From assembly GCF_006345805.1 (NCBI RefSeq), contig NC_042999.1:157046001-157110000 (forward strand): a DNA stretch of 64,000 bases, read 5' to 3'. Shown here piece after piece: positions 1 through 12,050 of the stretch. The position numbers were made by a program, and so were the translations under genes. Below the pieces are notes generated by a model. That model saw nothing but the letters and a program-made list of their open reading frames with translations, did not search any database and was not told where the DNA came from. The DNA is from Octopus sinensis (Eukaryota). How positions within the stretch are numbered: the first letter of the stretch is position 1; every line of letters starts with the position of its first letter.

Positions 1-640
1 AATTCACTGCTGTTACCGTGAAGAAAATATTCTCTCTTATGGAAAAAGGTTTAAAAACAAGTTTATCTCTCTTTGCTATTTCTGATTGAGGAAGGTTAAA
101 GGCTAAGTTTTCAAAAAAATTATTTTAATTCATCTTCTGTCATTTATCTGCCCTTAAATAATTGTATGAGTGACCCTCATTTAAGTTTCAAGTTTAGTCA
201 AATATTCCGTAGCAGATATAATCATTGATGGTTGTCATCCACCAATCTTGTTAAAGAGCTCGCCGCTAGGCAAAAGAATTATGGGGGTGAGTTTCTCTGA
301 AACATTTGTCCTCTTGCTAGCTTCACTTCAATTAGACATACACTCTGCCACCACCCTTGACGCTTCTCTTCTAAGATGTTATTGCCTTCTAGGTGAGTAA
401 CCTCTCTGTTGCAGAATTTGGATATATGAGCTATGTAGGTTATTAGCAAACGAAGTTATATTTCCTATTCCGTAGTTTCTTTTCATGGGAGTTTACCCGT
501 GTTTTTGTTTTGGAGAATTGAAATTCTCCCTTCCTTAATACGGCCATTCGGTAGTCAACTCTACTTGCTGTTCAGTGAACGCTGCCGTCAGAAATTCATG
601 AGTACAGTTAGATATGTCGACCAAAAATTGGGGACTTTAG
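1..640 (-). mobile_element. Highly degenerate retroelement coding relic (Penelope-like RT N-terminal region, or R4/Dong RT; ambiguous)
   Basis: Minus-strand frames with many stops give NVSEK..IILLPS..SMIISATEYLTKL (like PLE NLS..IIILPADKG..VIM..Y..KL). Another frame gives THLEGNNILEEKRQG (R4-like). Confidence 0.4.
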
Positions 641-929
641 TAAGCCCAAGGAATTTCTAGTTACTAATAAAGGCTATGTGTGTGTGTGTAACATTTTGGT
701 TTAGTTTCCTATTGATTGCTCTTGAAGTATTCAACTCAATAAGGGGTGGGACATAGCAGTGTTATTTTCTAGATGTTTGTATAAGCTCCTGGAGTTTTGT
801 TTATGTATTTACATTTTAAAATAATTTTCGAAGTACTTATTATCAAAGGAATTTTTCTCTCCCCAACCTTTTAATTGATTTGATATGGTTTCCCTATGAC
901 AAGACCATAGGAAAAAGCTGTCCCGATAG

Positions 930-1364
930 TCTTCGCAGGCCCTCCAAGACCAGTGAAACCGACGCCGTTAATGTTTCTTGTGAATAGTTTTAAATCAACG
1001 GCTGCAGGAAAGGAATTTCAAGGAGTCGATGTTCTGGGTATGGAGGACAGGGTGCAGTAATTAATTAGTGAGTGGACTGAAAGGTAGATACAATGTGGAT
1101 GACGAGAGAAAAGGAAATGAGTGAATTGGGTGTGTCTAAGAGGCGGTGTCACGAGATCGGCCAACTCTGAGAAGAATCCTTTGTAGTCATGGTTGCAAAA
1201 GCTGAGAGTGAGAGAGAGAGAGCATAATCCCTAATGTAGATGAGAGGTTGGAGTGTGTTGATGAGTAACTTCTCACCAATCAGTTCACTGGCCTTTCTGT
1301 AGATATCTGTTTGTATAGATGCAGCAATGTTCCAAATGTTCGATTGCGGGACTAATCTGTGTTT
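930..1364 (-). mobile_element. CR1-group LINE relic, 3' part (ORF2 C-terminus and tail)
   Basis: Minus translation IWNIAA..RKASELIGEKLLINTLQPL resembles the CR1 ORF2 C-terminus. It joins the 2691-4557 piece once the hAT insert is removed. Confidence 0.6.
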
Positions 1365-1372
1365 GTAGAGGG

Positions 1373-2682
1373 TAGTGGTGGCTCGTAGATAAAATTAGTG
1401 GGAGTGCTGCTTCAGAAAAGTTTTAGCCGTTGTTTTAATATTGTGTAAAATGAAACAAACATATAGCGCGCGTCTGTACATTATCGACGACATGCACTAA
1501 TTTCTAAGCCGACACTTTAGCCAAAACTTGAATTCTGCATTTGGCAGATTTAAAGGCATAAATAAAGTTGTCGAAATCATCCCTCTTTTCCGGGTTCTTT
1601 TGCAGCGGTGCCACAAGGTTAATAAATACTCTATGAGAACTCTTTACATATCCAAGTGTTGCTATTTTCTGGAAGAGGCTTTATGTCAATTGTTATTGGT
1701 AAATTATCGATGTCTTTGCAGAAGTGATTTTGTACCATTCCAGTTGTATCAGTTACAAATGTGACGTTGAGTCCATTTCTTCTCTCATTTTAGCACATCA
1801 ATAAAGCCGTTCGAGTTTTCCCCTATTATGAGCACTCACTACTGCGATCCTTATTATGGAAAAGGAAGTTAGACTTGATGTATGCTATCTGTTGGTTTAT
1901 CTTTAGACAAAGCTTCTACAGTATCTTCACTTTATTGATTTTTAAGACGGATGGAAGTTCATATAACTGCCTCAAATCCAATGGCGACTCGTAGATAAAA
2001 TTAGTGGGGGTGCTGCTTCAGAAAAGTTTTAGCCCTTGTTTCAATATTGTGTAAAACGAAACAAACATATAAAAAGAAAATTTATACATAAACTTGATTG
2101 GTTCGCGTTTTAGCCAATGCCGGGTAGTGTGTTTAATTTGTTCACTGAACACCACCACAAATTCCCTCTTGTTTTTCAAAAATCCCCCCTTAATCACAAA
2201 ATAAGATGGGGGAAATGTACCCTATTTTCCAAATCCTGGCAGCAATACTGAAGCTGGAAGCAGGATAATAATTTAATTCTACACTTTTATCACATTCAAG
2301 AATATAAACATGTTTTTAAGCACAACACACGCGGAGTCAAAAAGAAACACTACCTTTCATCGGAACACCGGGTTCGGCACTGTCGTTCACGCAGTACTCT
2401 CTCTCTCCCTAGCGTGAAGCTTCCTACCTTGGAGATGTGAGCATGCACACTACAGCCAAACACCGCGTCGCTGGAACTGTGAAACGCAGAGTTCTATACA
2501 AAGATTTTTGTATTATTTTCATAAACTAGGGCATGGCTACTTAAGCTTAAGGATTATATAATGTACAAGTATAAAGAAAGAATTAAAGAAAAAAGGACTC
2601 ATTATATTGAATGTTATCGATAATATCGGGTGGAAATAGGGGGTGCTGCAGTTCCGCAGTGCCTATACATGAGCTGCCACTG
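1373..2682 (+). mobile_element. Non-autonomous hAT-like DNA transposon with duplicated left end
   Basis: 8-bp TSD GTAGAGGG (1365-1372, 2683-2690). Ends (T)AGTGGTGGCTCG ... GAGCTGCCACTG. Second left-end copy at about 1980-2070. Relic TIPVVSVT/VESISSL at about 1725-1790 resembles the hAT dimerisation motif. Confidence 0.75.
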
Positions 2683-2979
2683 GTAGAGGGTTAGCAGTTT
2701 GTTGAAGCTGAAGTATTTCCTGGCTCTAACCAGTCTTGTATTGCTTTGTTTGCTATGTTGATTATGTACTTTTGTTAGGAATATAAGGTGATCGTACGCT
2801 TCTGAAAGTGAATATTATAAGGCAGTAGTTGGCGAGGCCAGAGAAGTTGCCTTTCTTGAGAATGGAACTCTCTATAGAGTATTTCCAAAGGTGTGATATA
2901 TCTCAGAAAAAAGAGTGGGAGAGAGAGGGAGATTAAAAAGTTTGGTGAGGATATTGGATAAATCTAGGGCACAATATTG

Positions 2980-3397
2980 GGATCTTTTCGGTTTGAACGG
3001 CAGTTTTTAACATAATTTCTAGGTAACTAAAAAATTTTAAACTTCGTATACTGGTAGAATGTGTTTATAAAACATCTTTTTCTCTTGGCTTTATTGAGAA
3101 AATTCTATAGTTTGTAAGATATTTGTTGGTTTTTTTTCTTCAATTTCTGCAACTTCAACCAATCAGTGACGTCTATTGAGTTAAAAACCATTCTGTGCTG
3201 TATGAATATGTCCTTCGTTTAAGAAACAGATTGGGTTTATTTACATTTGTGAAGAAAAAAAAGATACCCTTCCCCCACCTCTAACCCTAACCCTAAAACA
3301 GATTGAAATGCAATAGATCGATTCTAGGGTCATAATTATGGGTGACAATTTCATATGACACCGCTAGAAAAAACTGCCGTTCAAACCGAAAAGATCC
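2980..3397 (+). mobile_element. Merlin-like MITE, family M, full copy
   Basis: About 29-bp TIR GGATCTTTTCGGTTTGAACGGCAGTTTTT. Perfect 8-bp TSD CAATATTG. Internal CCCTAA repeats. Confidence 0.9.
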
Positions 3398-3928
3398 CAA
3401 TATTGTAAGTATTGGAAGAAATACTGAGTTAGAAAAGGACATGCGGAGCCCCGACCAGTCAGCTGAGCTATATAGGATTAGCAAAGTGGCAGTGAGGTAG
3501 TCGTAATAAAGCAATGGTTGTACGAGGCGATGGCGAAGAGACACTGATGGTTTGGTAGAAGTTGGATTTGAAGATGACAAGGAGATCAGGAGTGTTTGAA
3601 GTCTCGGTGAGGGGCTGTATGTAGACGATGCGACTGGTCAATATCAAGAATTGGCGACTGTGAAATATTCGACTTCTGCTCCAGCTGCATCCGTATAGGG
3701 TGCGTGTGAGAGTCAAGAAGAGTTGGAAACATCGGTGTCACAGACAACGTTGTCTTCGGACAGGAGTGAAGTGAGATAAATGTCTTCAATGCAGGAAAGA
3801 TATGTTCGAGGAGCTGTTTGAGGTGGTTGGAAGAATTCAGAGTCATAAAGCTGCAGATGTATTTGGAGGATGAGGGAAGGAGATTTTAAGTTAGAGTAAT
3901 TGAAAGTCGTTGCTGATACCTACATGTG

Positions 3929-4313
3929 TGGAGGTGCAATGGCCCAGTGGTTAGGGCAGCGGACTCGCGGTCGTAGGATCGCGGTTTCGATTCCCAGACC
4001 GGGCGTTGTGAGTGTTTATTGAGCGAAAACACCTAAAGCTCCACGAGGCTCCGGCAGGGGATGATGGTGATCCCTTCTGTACTCTTTCACCACAACTTTC
4101 TCTCACCCTTACTTCCTGTTTCTGTTGTGCCTGTATTTCAAAGGGCCGGCCTTGTCACTCTCTGTGTCACGCTGAATATCCCCGAGAACTACGTTAAGAG
4201 TACACGTGTCTGTGGAGTGCTCAGCCACTTACACGTTAATTTCACGAGCAGGCTGTTCCGTTGATCGGATCAACCGGAACCCTCGTTGTCGTAACCGACG
4301 GAGTGCTTCCATA
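3929..4313 (+). mobile_element. tRNA-derived SINE family A, full copy
   Basis: Head TGGCCCAGTGGTTAGG (A box) ... GTTTCGATTCC (B box). 14-bp TSD GATACCTACATGTG. Second copy at 12815-13204. Confidence 0.9.
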
Positions 4314-4565
4314 GATACCTACATGTGAAAGATGAGTGGCAAAATAAGAGCGAGGTTTACGTCAAGAGTGTAACCCACACAGTAGAAATATACCATAGTT
4401 AAAGAGTGAAAGATCTCCGAAAGGAATAGGAGAGTGGCTTGTGTGTTTGTAGAAGGCGATGTATAGGGTTTAAATTGGATTAGACATCGCTAAGGAGAAC
4501 AGGACTGAGAATTGTTCTGCGGATTTAGTTTTAGTTTTTGGCAAAGCAACTGTAGAATATATCAG

Positions 4566-5000
4566 GGATCTTTTCGGTTTGAACGGCAGTGTTTTCTTGC
4601 GGTGTCATATGAAATTGTCACCCATAATTATGACCCTAGTATCGATCTATTGCATTTCAATCTGTTTTAGGGTTAGGGGTGGGGGAAGGGTATCTTTTTT
4701 TCTTCACAAATGTAAATAAACCCAATCTGTTTCTTAAACGAGGGACATATTCATACAGCACAGAATGACTCAATGGACGTCAGTGATTGGTTGAAATTGC
4801 AGAAATTGAAGAAAAATTGCAGAAATTGAAGAAAAAATTGAAGAAAAAAAAACAACAAATATCTTACAAACTATAGAATTTTCTCAATAAAGCCAAGAGA
4901 AAAAGATGTTTTATAAACACATTCTACCAGTATACGAAGTTTAAAATTTTTTAGTTACCTAGAAATTATGTTAAAACTGCCGTTCAAACCGAAAAGATCC
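4566..5000 (-). mobile_element. Merlin-like MITE, family M, full copy
   Basis: Same TIRs. TSD TATATCAG/TATATCGG (7/8 match). Confidence 0.9.
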
Positions 5001-5854
5001 TATATCGGATCCCTTTTATCACAATTTATGATCTCTTTTATTTGAGACAGTTGGACTGTTTCTCAGTTTCATTAGAGAAATATTCGTCAATTGGGACTAA
5101 AATTGATCAAAAGGTACTTCCTTTTTTGACTGTCCTTGACAACAACTGGCATATTCTAAAGAATGGTCGCTTTGTTTGTTCTCTGAGACCTCTTCTAGTA
5201 TTTCATAATGGTTTATTCTCCGCTGTATTAAAGTCTCACTTGCGTGCATACACATGTATTCTTTAGTTAGTCGGAAACAATGTAATAAACTGTTTCTTCT
5301 CAGCCTTCATATATTCTACAGTTTCAGTAACCTTAGGAAATATTTTATTAAAAAGCTTTTGAATTTGAACCTTGTACTACAATCAAATATCCTTTAATCT
5401 CAGTGTCCTGAGCTTCGTAACTAGTGCCGTGATTTTTATTTATCTATTTCCACCCCGACCATTTTTTTTTTTTAGCATTTGCTACGTAAACGCTATTCTT
5501 GCCATCGTTTTAGAATAACAGTCTATAACCCAATTTTGAATATAGTTTTTAGCCAATCCACAATCTTTATTGTTTGTTTTTCTCTCTCACAATAGCCTGT
5601 CATTTCAGTCAGTTTTGTATTTCGTTGACTTTCTTGAAAGCAGAATAGTTTGTTTATTTATTCATTTATTTTAGTAGATATTTGTATTAGTTGGTTTCAG
5701 TTTTTAACTAAATACTTTTGTATTCTTACTACAGATATTTTATAATAATTTTTAGTTGAAAAGGCCCTGCCCACTGTCTTCGTAAATGTAATCTTTTTAT
5801 GTCAGATTTTGGGTGGTTTATTCTAAATGCAATCAGTATAAAAGATAGTGGAAG

Positions 5855-6075
5855 GCTGAAAGCTGGCAGAATCGTTAGCACGCCGGAGAAAATGATTAGC
5901 GGAATTTCTTCCGGCTTTACACTCTGAATTCAAATTCCGCGTGGTCAGCCTTTTATCTTTCATCTTTTGGTGGACGATGAATTAAGTACCAGTTGAGCAC
6001 TGAGGTTGATGTAATCAACTAGCCCTGCCCCTAAATTTTCAGGCTTTGTGCCTGTAGTAGAGAGGATTTTTAAGC
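5855..6075 (+). mobile_element. tRNA-derived SINE family B, partial copy
   Basis: AGCTGGCAGAATCGTTAGCACGCCGG head and CTTTCATC..AAGTACCAG core shared with 8884-9150. Confidence 0.75.
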
Positions 6076-6093
6076 ATGGTGGATTAGTAGAAT

Positions 6094-6499
6094 GGATCAT
6101 TTCGGTTTGAACGGCAGTTTTTAACATAATTTCCACGTAACTAAACACTTTTAAACTTCATATATTGGTAGAATGTGTTTATAAAACATCTTTTTCTCTT
6201 GGCTTTATTGAGAAAATTCTATAGTTTGTAAGATATTTAGTCTTTAATTTCTTGCATTTCTGCAATTTCAACCAGTCAATGACTGTCTATTGAGGTGAAA
6301 ACATTCTGTGCCATATGAATATGCCTCTCGTTTAAGGAACACGTTGGGTTTATTTACATTCGTGAAGAAAAAAAGATACCCTTCCCCTCACCCCTAACCC
6401 TAACCCTAACCTTAACCCTAACTAACCCTAAATCTAAAATAGGGTCATAATTATGGGTGACAATTTCATATGAAATTGTCACCCATAATTATGACCCTA
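6094..6499 (+). mobile_element. Merlin-like MITE, family M; right TIR replaced by a 60-bp perfect palindrome
   Basis: Left TIR at 6094 and body matching family M. 6440-6469 is the exact reverse complement of 6470-6499. Confidence 0.85.
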
Positions 6500-6744
6500 A
6501 ATCCAAATTGTTAGAATATCACAAAAAATATACTTTGCAGTATTTGTTTTGGATCAATATGTTCTGAGTTCAAATCCAGCCCAGGTCAACTTTACCTTTC
6601 ATTCCTCGATGCTGATAAAACAAAGTACTCGTCAATCATCGGGATCGATGTTATCAACTCTTCTCTCGAAATTAGTGGGTTTGTGCCAAAGTTAGAAACA
6701 CGTATGTTGTTAATTCACTTATACGTGAACGCTTTTAATTTAGA

Positions 6745-7114
6745 ACTAGCACTATGACCCGGCAACGCCAGGTCATAGTGCTAGTGCACGCACATACAGC
6801 TGCGTGCGTGCGCACATACACACGAGTACTGTCCAAATCTCCGACCAATCACATAATACAGCTAGCTGGCATTCAATTGGCGTATCAAGTTTCGGGCATT
6901 TTGATTGGGTTTTGGATTGAAAATTCACAAAAAAGTCACTTCTATTGATTTTTTTAATGGCTTTGTGGGGTGACTGGGTAAATGTAAAGATGTGCACGAC
7001 CACCCTTGGACGGTTTTGAATGACCATAGAAAGTGCGAGCTCACTAACTGAAAAATTGTGGATTTGTATAAAGGACACACACGCAGACATTTTGCCGTTT
7101 ATATATTTAGAGAT
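6745..7114 (+). mobile_element. Non-autonomous Helitron/Helentron-like element
   Basis: Starts with ACTAG inside a 15-bp-stem hairpin (6745-6785). Ends with a (CA)n tract then GACATTTTGCCGTTTATATATTTAGAGAT. No TSD. Layout resembles Lep1/DINE-1-type elements. Confidence 0.45.
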
Positions 7115-7334
7115 AATAACTTTTGAAGGTGCACTTGCCTGACAAATGTTTAGATCTGAGAACTTGTGTTTAAACTAAAACGACTGCAGAATGGGAGATA
7201 CATGTTAGCCAGGCAAAAATCACACGAAGACTGTAAACTGCACATAAACGTTTACTATTTATTGTAAGTTTAAGCAAAATTAACAGTCTCTGTATGGCAA
7301 TCGTTATAGTAATAACGTTATTACAATAAATTAC

Positions 7335-7744
7335 AGATCTTTTCGGTTTGAACAGCAGTTTTTTTCTAGCGGTGTCATACGAAATTGTCACCCATAATTA
7401 TGACCCTAGTATCGATCTATTGCATTTCAATCTGTTTTAGGGTTAGGGTTAGGGGGAAGGGTATCTCTTTTTCTTCACAAATGTAAATAAACCCAATTTG
7501 TTTCTTAAACGAGGGACATATTCATACAGCACAGAATGTTGTTTACCTTAATAGATGTCAGTGATTGGTTGAAATTGCAGAAATTGAAAAAAAACCAACA
7601 AATATCTTACAAACTATAGAATTTTTTCAATAAAACCAAGAGAAAAAGATGTTTTATAAACACATTCTACCAGTATACGAAGTATAAAATATTTTAGTTA
7701 CCTAGAAATTATGTTAAAAACTGCCGTTCAAACCGAAGAGATCC
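7335..7744 (-). mobile_element. Merlin-like MITE, family M, full copy
   Basis: TIRs present. Perfect 8-bp TSD TAAATTAC. Confidence 0.9.
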
Positions 7745-7977
7745 TAAATTACTGCTGGGACAACTAGACTTCAATGCCAATTACCTTTTGTATTTAGGTC
7801 TGTTTTAAGAATGAACCTAATGCAGAGGTGGGCAACCTTTGTATGTTGGAAGGCCTTCTGACAACGTTTGCATTTAAAAAAAATGTTACTGCTAAACCAA
7901 TTACTTAAAAATAGGGTATACTGGGCTTCATATATTTTACCCCAGTGTCACTTTGATGGCATGCACTGCTCTCTCAC

Positions 7978-8010
<33 letters not shown>

Positions 8011-8014
8011 TAAT

Positions 8015-8068
<54 letters not shown>

Positions 8069-8533
8069 GATGGGCAACAGCAAATATTCTGCTCAATACC
8101 ACAGATTTGCTTGTCAGTTGTTTGACCTTAACCAGTTGACCATGTCCCTTAGTGGCTGATGATATATGCATCTCTGATCACAAGCAGAAGTAGTGGGGGA
8201 GCATCATAGCTATGTGCTGAAAGGAATTCTTAGAGGTTTGGATAATTCACCTCTGGAAACATGGGTGGTTCGTTCAACATCCTTAAAAAAATCCTTATTC
8301 AGGGACCTTTTGAGCGGGATGGGCTACTCGATCTAAATAAAATTCTCACTGGGCACCACCTGCAAAATCATGCGCTGTTTATCTTGATATGAGATCCCCG
8401 TGTCACACACATATGGTTGTGATGTATGTGCCTGCTGTACCCTTATCAGATGGGTAGTCATGATGGGTATACTGGGCTTCGTATATTTTACCCCAGTGCT
8501 CTCTCACTCAATGATAATAATGATAACAATAAT

Positions 8534-8586
<53 letters not shown>

Positions 8587-8587
8587 A

Positions 8588-8807
8588 GGCGGCAAGCTGG
8601 CAGAATCATTATCATGCTGGATGAAATGCTCAGTAGTATTTCACCCATCGGTACGTTCTGAGTTCAAATTCTGCTGAGGTCAACTTTGCCATTCATCCTT
8701 TCAGGGTTGATAAAATAAGTACTGTTTGAACACTGGGGTTCATGTAATTGACTCCCAAAAATTGCTGCCCTTGTGGCAAAATTTGAAACCATTATTATTA
8801 TTATTTT

Positions 8808-8845
<38 letters not shown>

Positions 8846-9315
8846 ATAATAATCATAATAATAATAATAATAATAATAATAATGCAGCGAGCTGGCAGAA
8901 TCGTTAGCACGCCGGGCGAAATGCTTAGCAGTATTTTGTCTGCCATTACGTTCTGGGTTCAAATTCCACCAAGGTCGACTTTGCCTTTCATCCTTTCGGG
9001 GTCGATTAAATAAGTACCTGTTACGCACTAGGGTCAATTAAATAAGTACCAGTTACGCATTGGGGTTGATATAATCAACTTAATCCGTTTGTCTGTCCTT
9101 GTTTGTCCTTTCTGTGTTTAGCCCCTTGTGGGTAGTAAAGAAATAGGTATTTCATCCATCTTTACATTCTAAGCACAAATTTCACCCGGGGCCAACTTTA
9201 CCTTTCATCCTTTGGAGGTCAATAAATTAAGTACCAGTGAAACACTAGGATAGGTGTAATCAACAAACCCCCTCCCCCAAAATTTCAGAGCTTGTGCCTT
9301 TAGTAGAAAGGATCA
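8588..9315 (+). mobile_element. Cluster of three SINE family B copies separated by (AAT)n/(ACT)n tracts
   Basis: Repeated GGCAGCGAGCTGGCAGAATC heads and GACTTTGCCTTTCATCCTTTCGGGGTCGAT cores at about 8588, 8884 and 9150. Confidence 0.8.
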
Positions 9316-9849
9316 TCATCATCATCATCATCATTATCATCATCATTCATCATTCATCCATCATCATTCATTAAAACAAAATATTAAAAAATACAGTTTC
9401 GTAAGTATTCTCACCATAGATTGAATAATTTTTTTCCCAAAAGTTAAGTTGGATTTTTGTTTCAAGCACTGTTGTAATTACTTAAATAAATAATCCCAAA
9501 TCTAAATAAAGAAATATAAATAAGTTTTTTTCTAAAATTCGCAATTAGATGAAAAAATAGGCCTTGTATAAAATTAAATCAATGGAAATATATTCTGGTA
9601 TAATATTTCTTTTTCTCAGTCATTGTATATCTTTCAGAAGGGTGCCTTTAGCACTTTAGAAGGCTGCTAGTTCCTTACTCCTAATCTAATGTAGATATAA
9701 CATTCCTTTCTAATCGTTTCTTTCATATGTACTCTATCTAATTCTTAGAGTCCTAAGTATTTACAGGTCCGTATTTGGTTCAATTTTGTTATCTCTGTTT
9801 CCTAATTTAGTACAGTATCAGTGTTCTTAATTAACTTTCTTCTCTTTAA

Positions 9850-10045
9850 CCCTTTCGTTACCAACCCGGCTGAAACCGGCTCTGGCTCTGTAGTACAAAT
9901 GTTTTGTTTTCATAAGTTTTGAATTAAAATCTTCCACCAAACCTTAGTCACATCGTAACTAAGTTATTTTACTAAATTCTTTGTTATATTTAAAACAATT
10001 GAAAGAAACTCAGAGCATCTCAAAATAAATACAGTAGCGAAAGGG
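9850..10045. mobile_element. piggyBac-like MITE
   Basis: TTAA on both sides. TIR CCCTTTCGTTAC/GTAGCGAAAGGG. Further copies at 36642, 44567 and 44750. Confidence 0.85.
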
Positions 10046-10109
10046 TTAAAGTTGCCTTAACACAGTTTCATAATCTCATAAATTCCTCAAGTAAATCACG
10101 GTACCATCT

Positions 10110-10328
10110 GGTGCAGTGTGAGTGGCAGAATCATTAGAGCATCAGGCAAAATGCCTAGTGGTGATTCTTCTGACTCTTTATGTTCTGAATTCAAATTTTG
10201 CCAGAGTCAACTTTGCCTTTCGTCCCTCTGGGGTTGATAAAACAAGGTACCAGTCAGCTACTTGGGCTGATAGTATTGATTAATCCTCTATCCTAAAAGT
10301 TGCTGGCCTCTTGCCAAAATTAGAAAGA

Positions 10329-10366
<38 letters not shown>

Positions 10367-10575
10367 GAAGGCAGTGAGCTGGCAGAATCATTAGTATGCC
10401 AGGTGAAATACTTAGCGGTATTTCTATCATTGCTATTTTCTTAGTTCAAGTTCCGTCACGGTCAACTTTGCCTTTCATCCTTTTGGAGTCGTTAAATTAA
10501 GCACCAGTTGAGTACTGGGGTTGATGTAATCGATCTAACCCCTCCATCCCCAAATTTCAGGCCTTGTGCCTATAG
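10110..10575 (+). mobile_element. Two diverged SINE family B copies
   Basis: GGCAGAATCATTAG heads and TCAACTTTGCCTTTC cores at about 10110 and 10368. Confidence 0.7.
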
Positions 10576-10599
10576 TATTATTATGAAATAAGTACCAGT

Positions 10600-12050
10600 T
10601 GAACACTGGGGTTAATGTAAGCGACTCATTGCCCATGTACGGATGGTGCTTTTTACATGCAACTGGCACAGGGAGCCAGTCAAGCGGTACTGGCATCAAC
10701 CCATGCATGAATGGTGCTTACTGTATGTCACCAGCAGGGGTGCCAGTCAGGCAGCACTGGCATCAGCCACAACTACAATTTCCATTTTGATTTCGATTTA
10801 ATCGAGATTCTGATAGTGATTTTAGCATGGCATGTCACCCGACGATTCAAAGGTACTTTTTAAATGGCTTGGTTATGTGACACTGGTATAGACTATGGCT
10901 GTGATCTCACTTTATTTGCTGGGTCTTCTCAAATCACCGCATATCTCCAAAGGTCTGGGTCTCTTGTCATTGCCTCTGTGAGGCCCAACTTTCAGAGTTC
11001 ATGCATCCCATGTCTTCCTGGGTTTCCCTCTTCCACAGGTTCCTTCCACTGTTAGGGAGTGACACTTTTTCACACAACTCTCCTCATCCATATGTAGCAC
11101 ATGACCATACCAACACAGTCGTCTCTCTTGCACACAACGTCTGATGCTTCTTATGTACAAAATTTCTCTCATGGCGCTTACACTCTGTTGTGTGTACACA
11201 CTGACATTACAGATCGTTTTAGCTTCATTTCTTTCAAACCTATGTATGTCCTCAACAGTCATGGCCCATGTTTCACTGCTGTGTAGCATGGCTGTTTGCA
11301 CACATGCATCATACAGTCTACCTTTCACTCTGAGCAAGAGGCCCTTTGTCATCAGCAGCGGTAGGAGCTTTCTGAACTTTGCCCAGGCTATTCTTATTCT
11401 AGTAGCAATGCTCTCAGAGCATCCACCCCCCACTATAGACTTGGACACTTAGGTAGCGGACACTATCAACTACTTCTAGTTTCTCCCCCTGGCATGTGAT
11501 AAAATCTGTTTTCTGAACATCTTCAGTGTTTATTGCCCCTGTGCATCTGCTGCACACAAAAACTATCATCCTGGTTAGCCTTCCTTTGATGTTGCTGCAC
11601 CTCTTATGTGTCCATAGTTTACACTGTGTATATCTTATGGAGTTTCTACCTATGCCTTTTCTACACATTGAGCAGGGCCATCTACCTGGCGGGGTTTGTG
11701 AAATGTTTGCCTTCTTACATACTAGAACTTTGGTTTTTGCTACATTGACTTTAAGGCCCTTCAATTCTAGACCTTGCTTCAAAACTTCAAATTTCTTCTC
11801 TAGTTCTGGTAGTGATTCAGCTATGGGAGCAAGATCATCAGCATAGAGGAGCTCCCAGAGGCAGCCTGTCTTGAATTCCTCTGTTATTGCCTAGATTAAT
11901 AAGAGGGGTCTGAGGACTGATCCTTGGTGAACCCCTACTTCTACCCGGTATTCTTCACTATAGTCGTTTCTGACCCTTATCTTGCTGACTGCATCATTGT
12001 ACATGGCCCGTATAGCTCTGACTAACCACTCATTCACCAGATAAGGGATC
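10600..12050 (-). mobile_element. 5'-truncated RTE-clade LINE (RT 3' half, Cys-rich insert, 3' UTR)
   Basis: GVHQGSVL.PLL, WELLYADDL, LKVNVAKTKV, RIRIAWAKF..LLPLL, RLCWYGHV. Frameshifted. Confidence 0.9.

Larger units (their letters stand above)
2691..4557 (-). mobile_element. CR1-group LINE relic, APE endonuclease and partial RT, interrupted by a MITE and a SINE
   Basis: Minus translations: LTSRIVYIQPLTETSNTPDLL..VSSPS (APE PTRI..NTLDL..SSPLG), ILKKGNFSGLANY (RT domain 1) and RARKYFSFNKLLTLY. Confidence 0.6.

Noticed and set aside
2300-2520. CpG-richer patch suggesting a promoter or first exon
   Set aside because: Lies inside the TSD-bounded hAT element, with no independent promoter evidence.
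3929-4005. tRNA-like sequences (also 14676-14748, 27455-27527 and family B/C heads)
   Set aside because: Each continues into a repeated SINE body, often with TSDs, and acceptor stems are not convincing. Not tRNA genes.
6388-6436. (CCCTAA)n as a telomere or chromosome-fusion site
   Set aside because: Short tracts inside every family M MITE copy, so they are transposon-borne.
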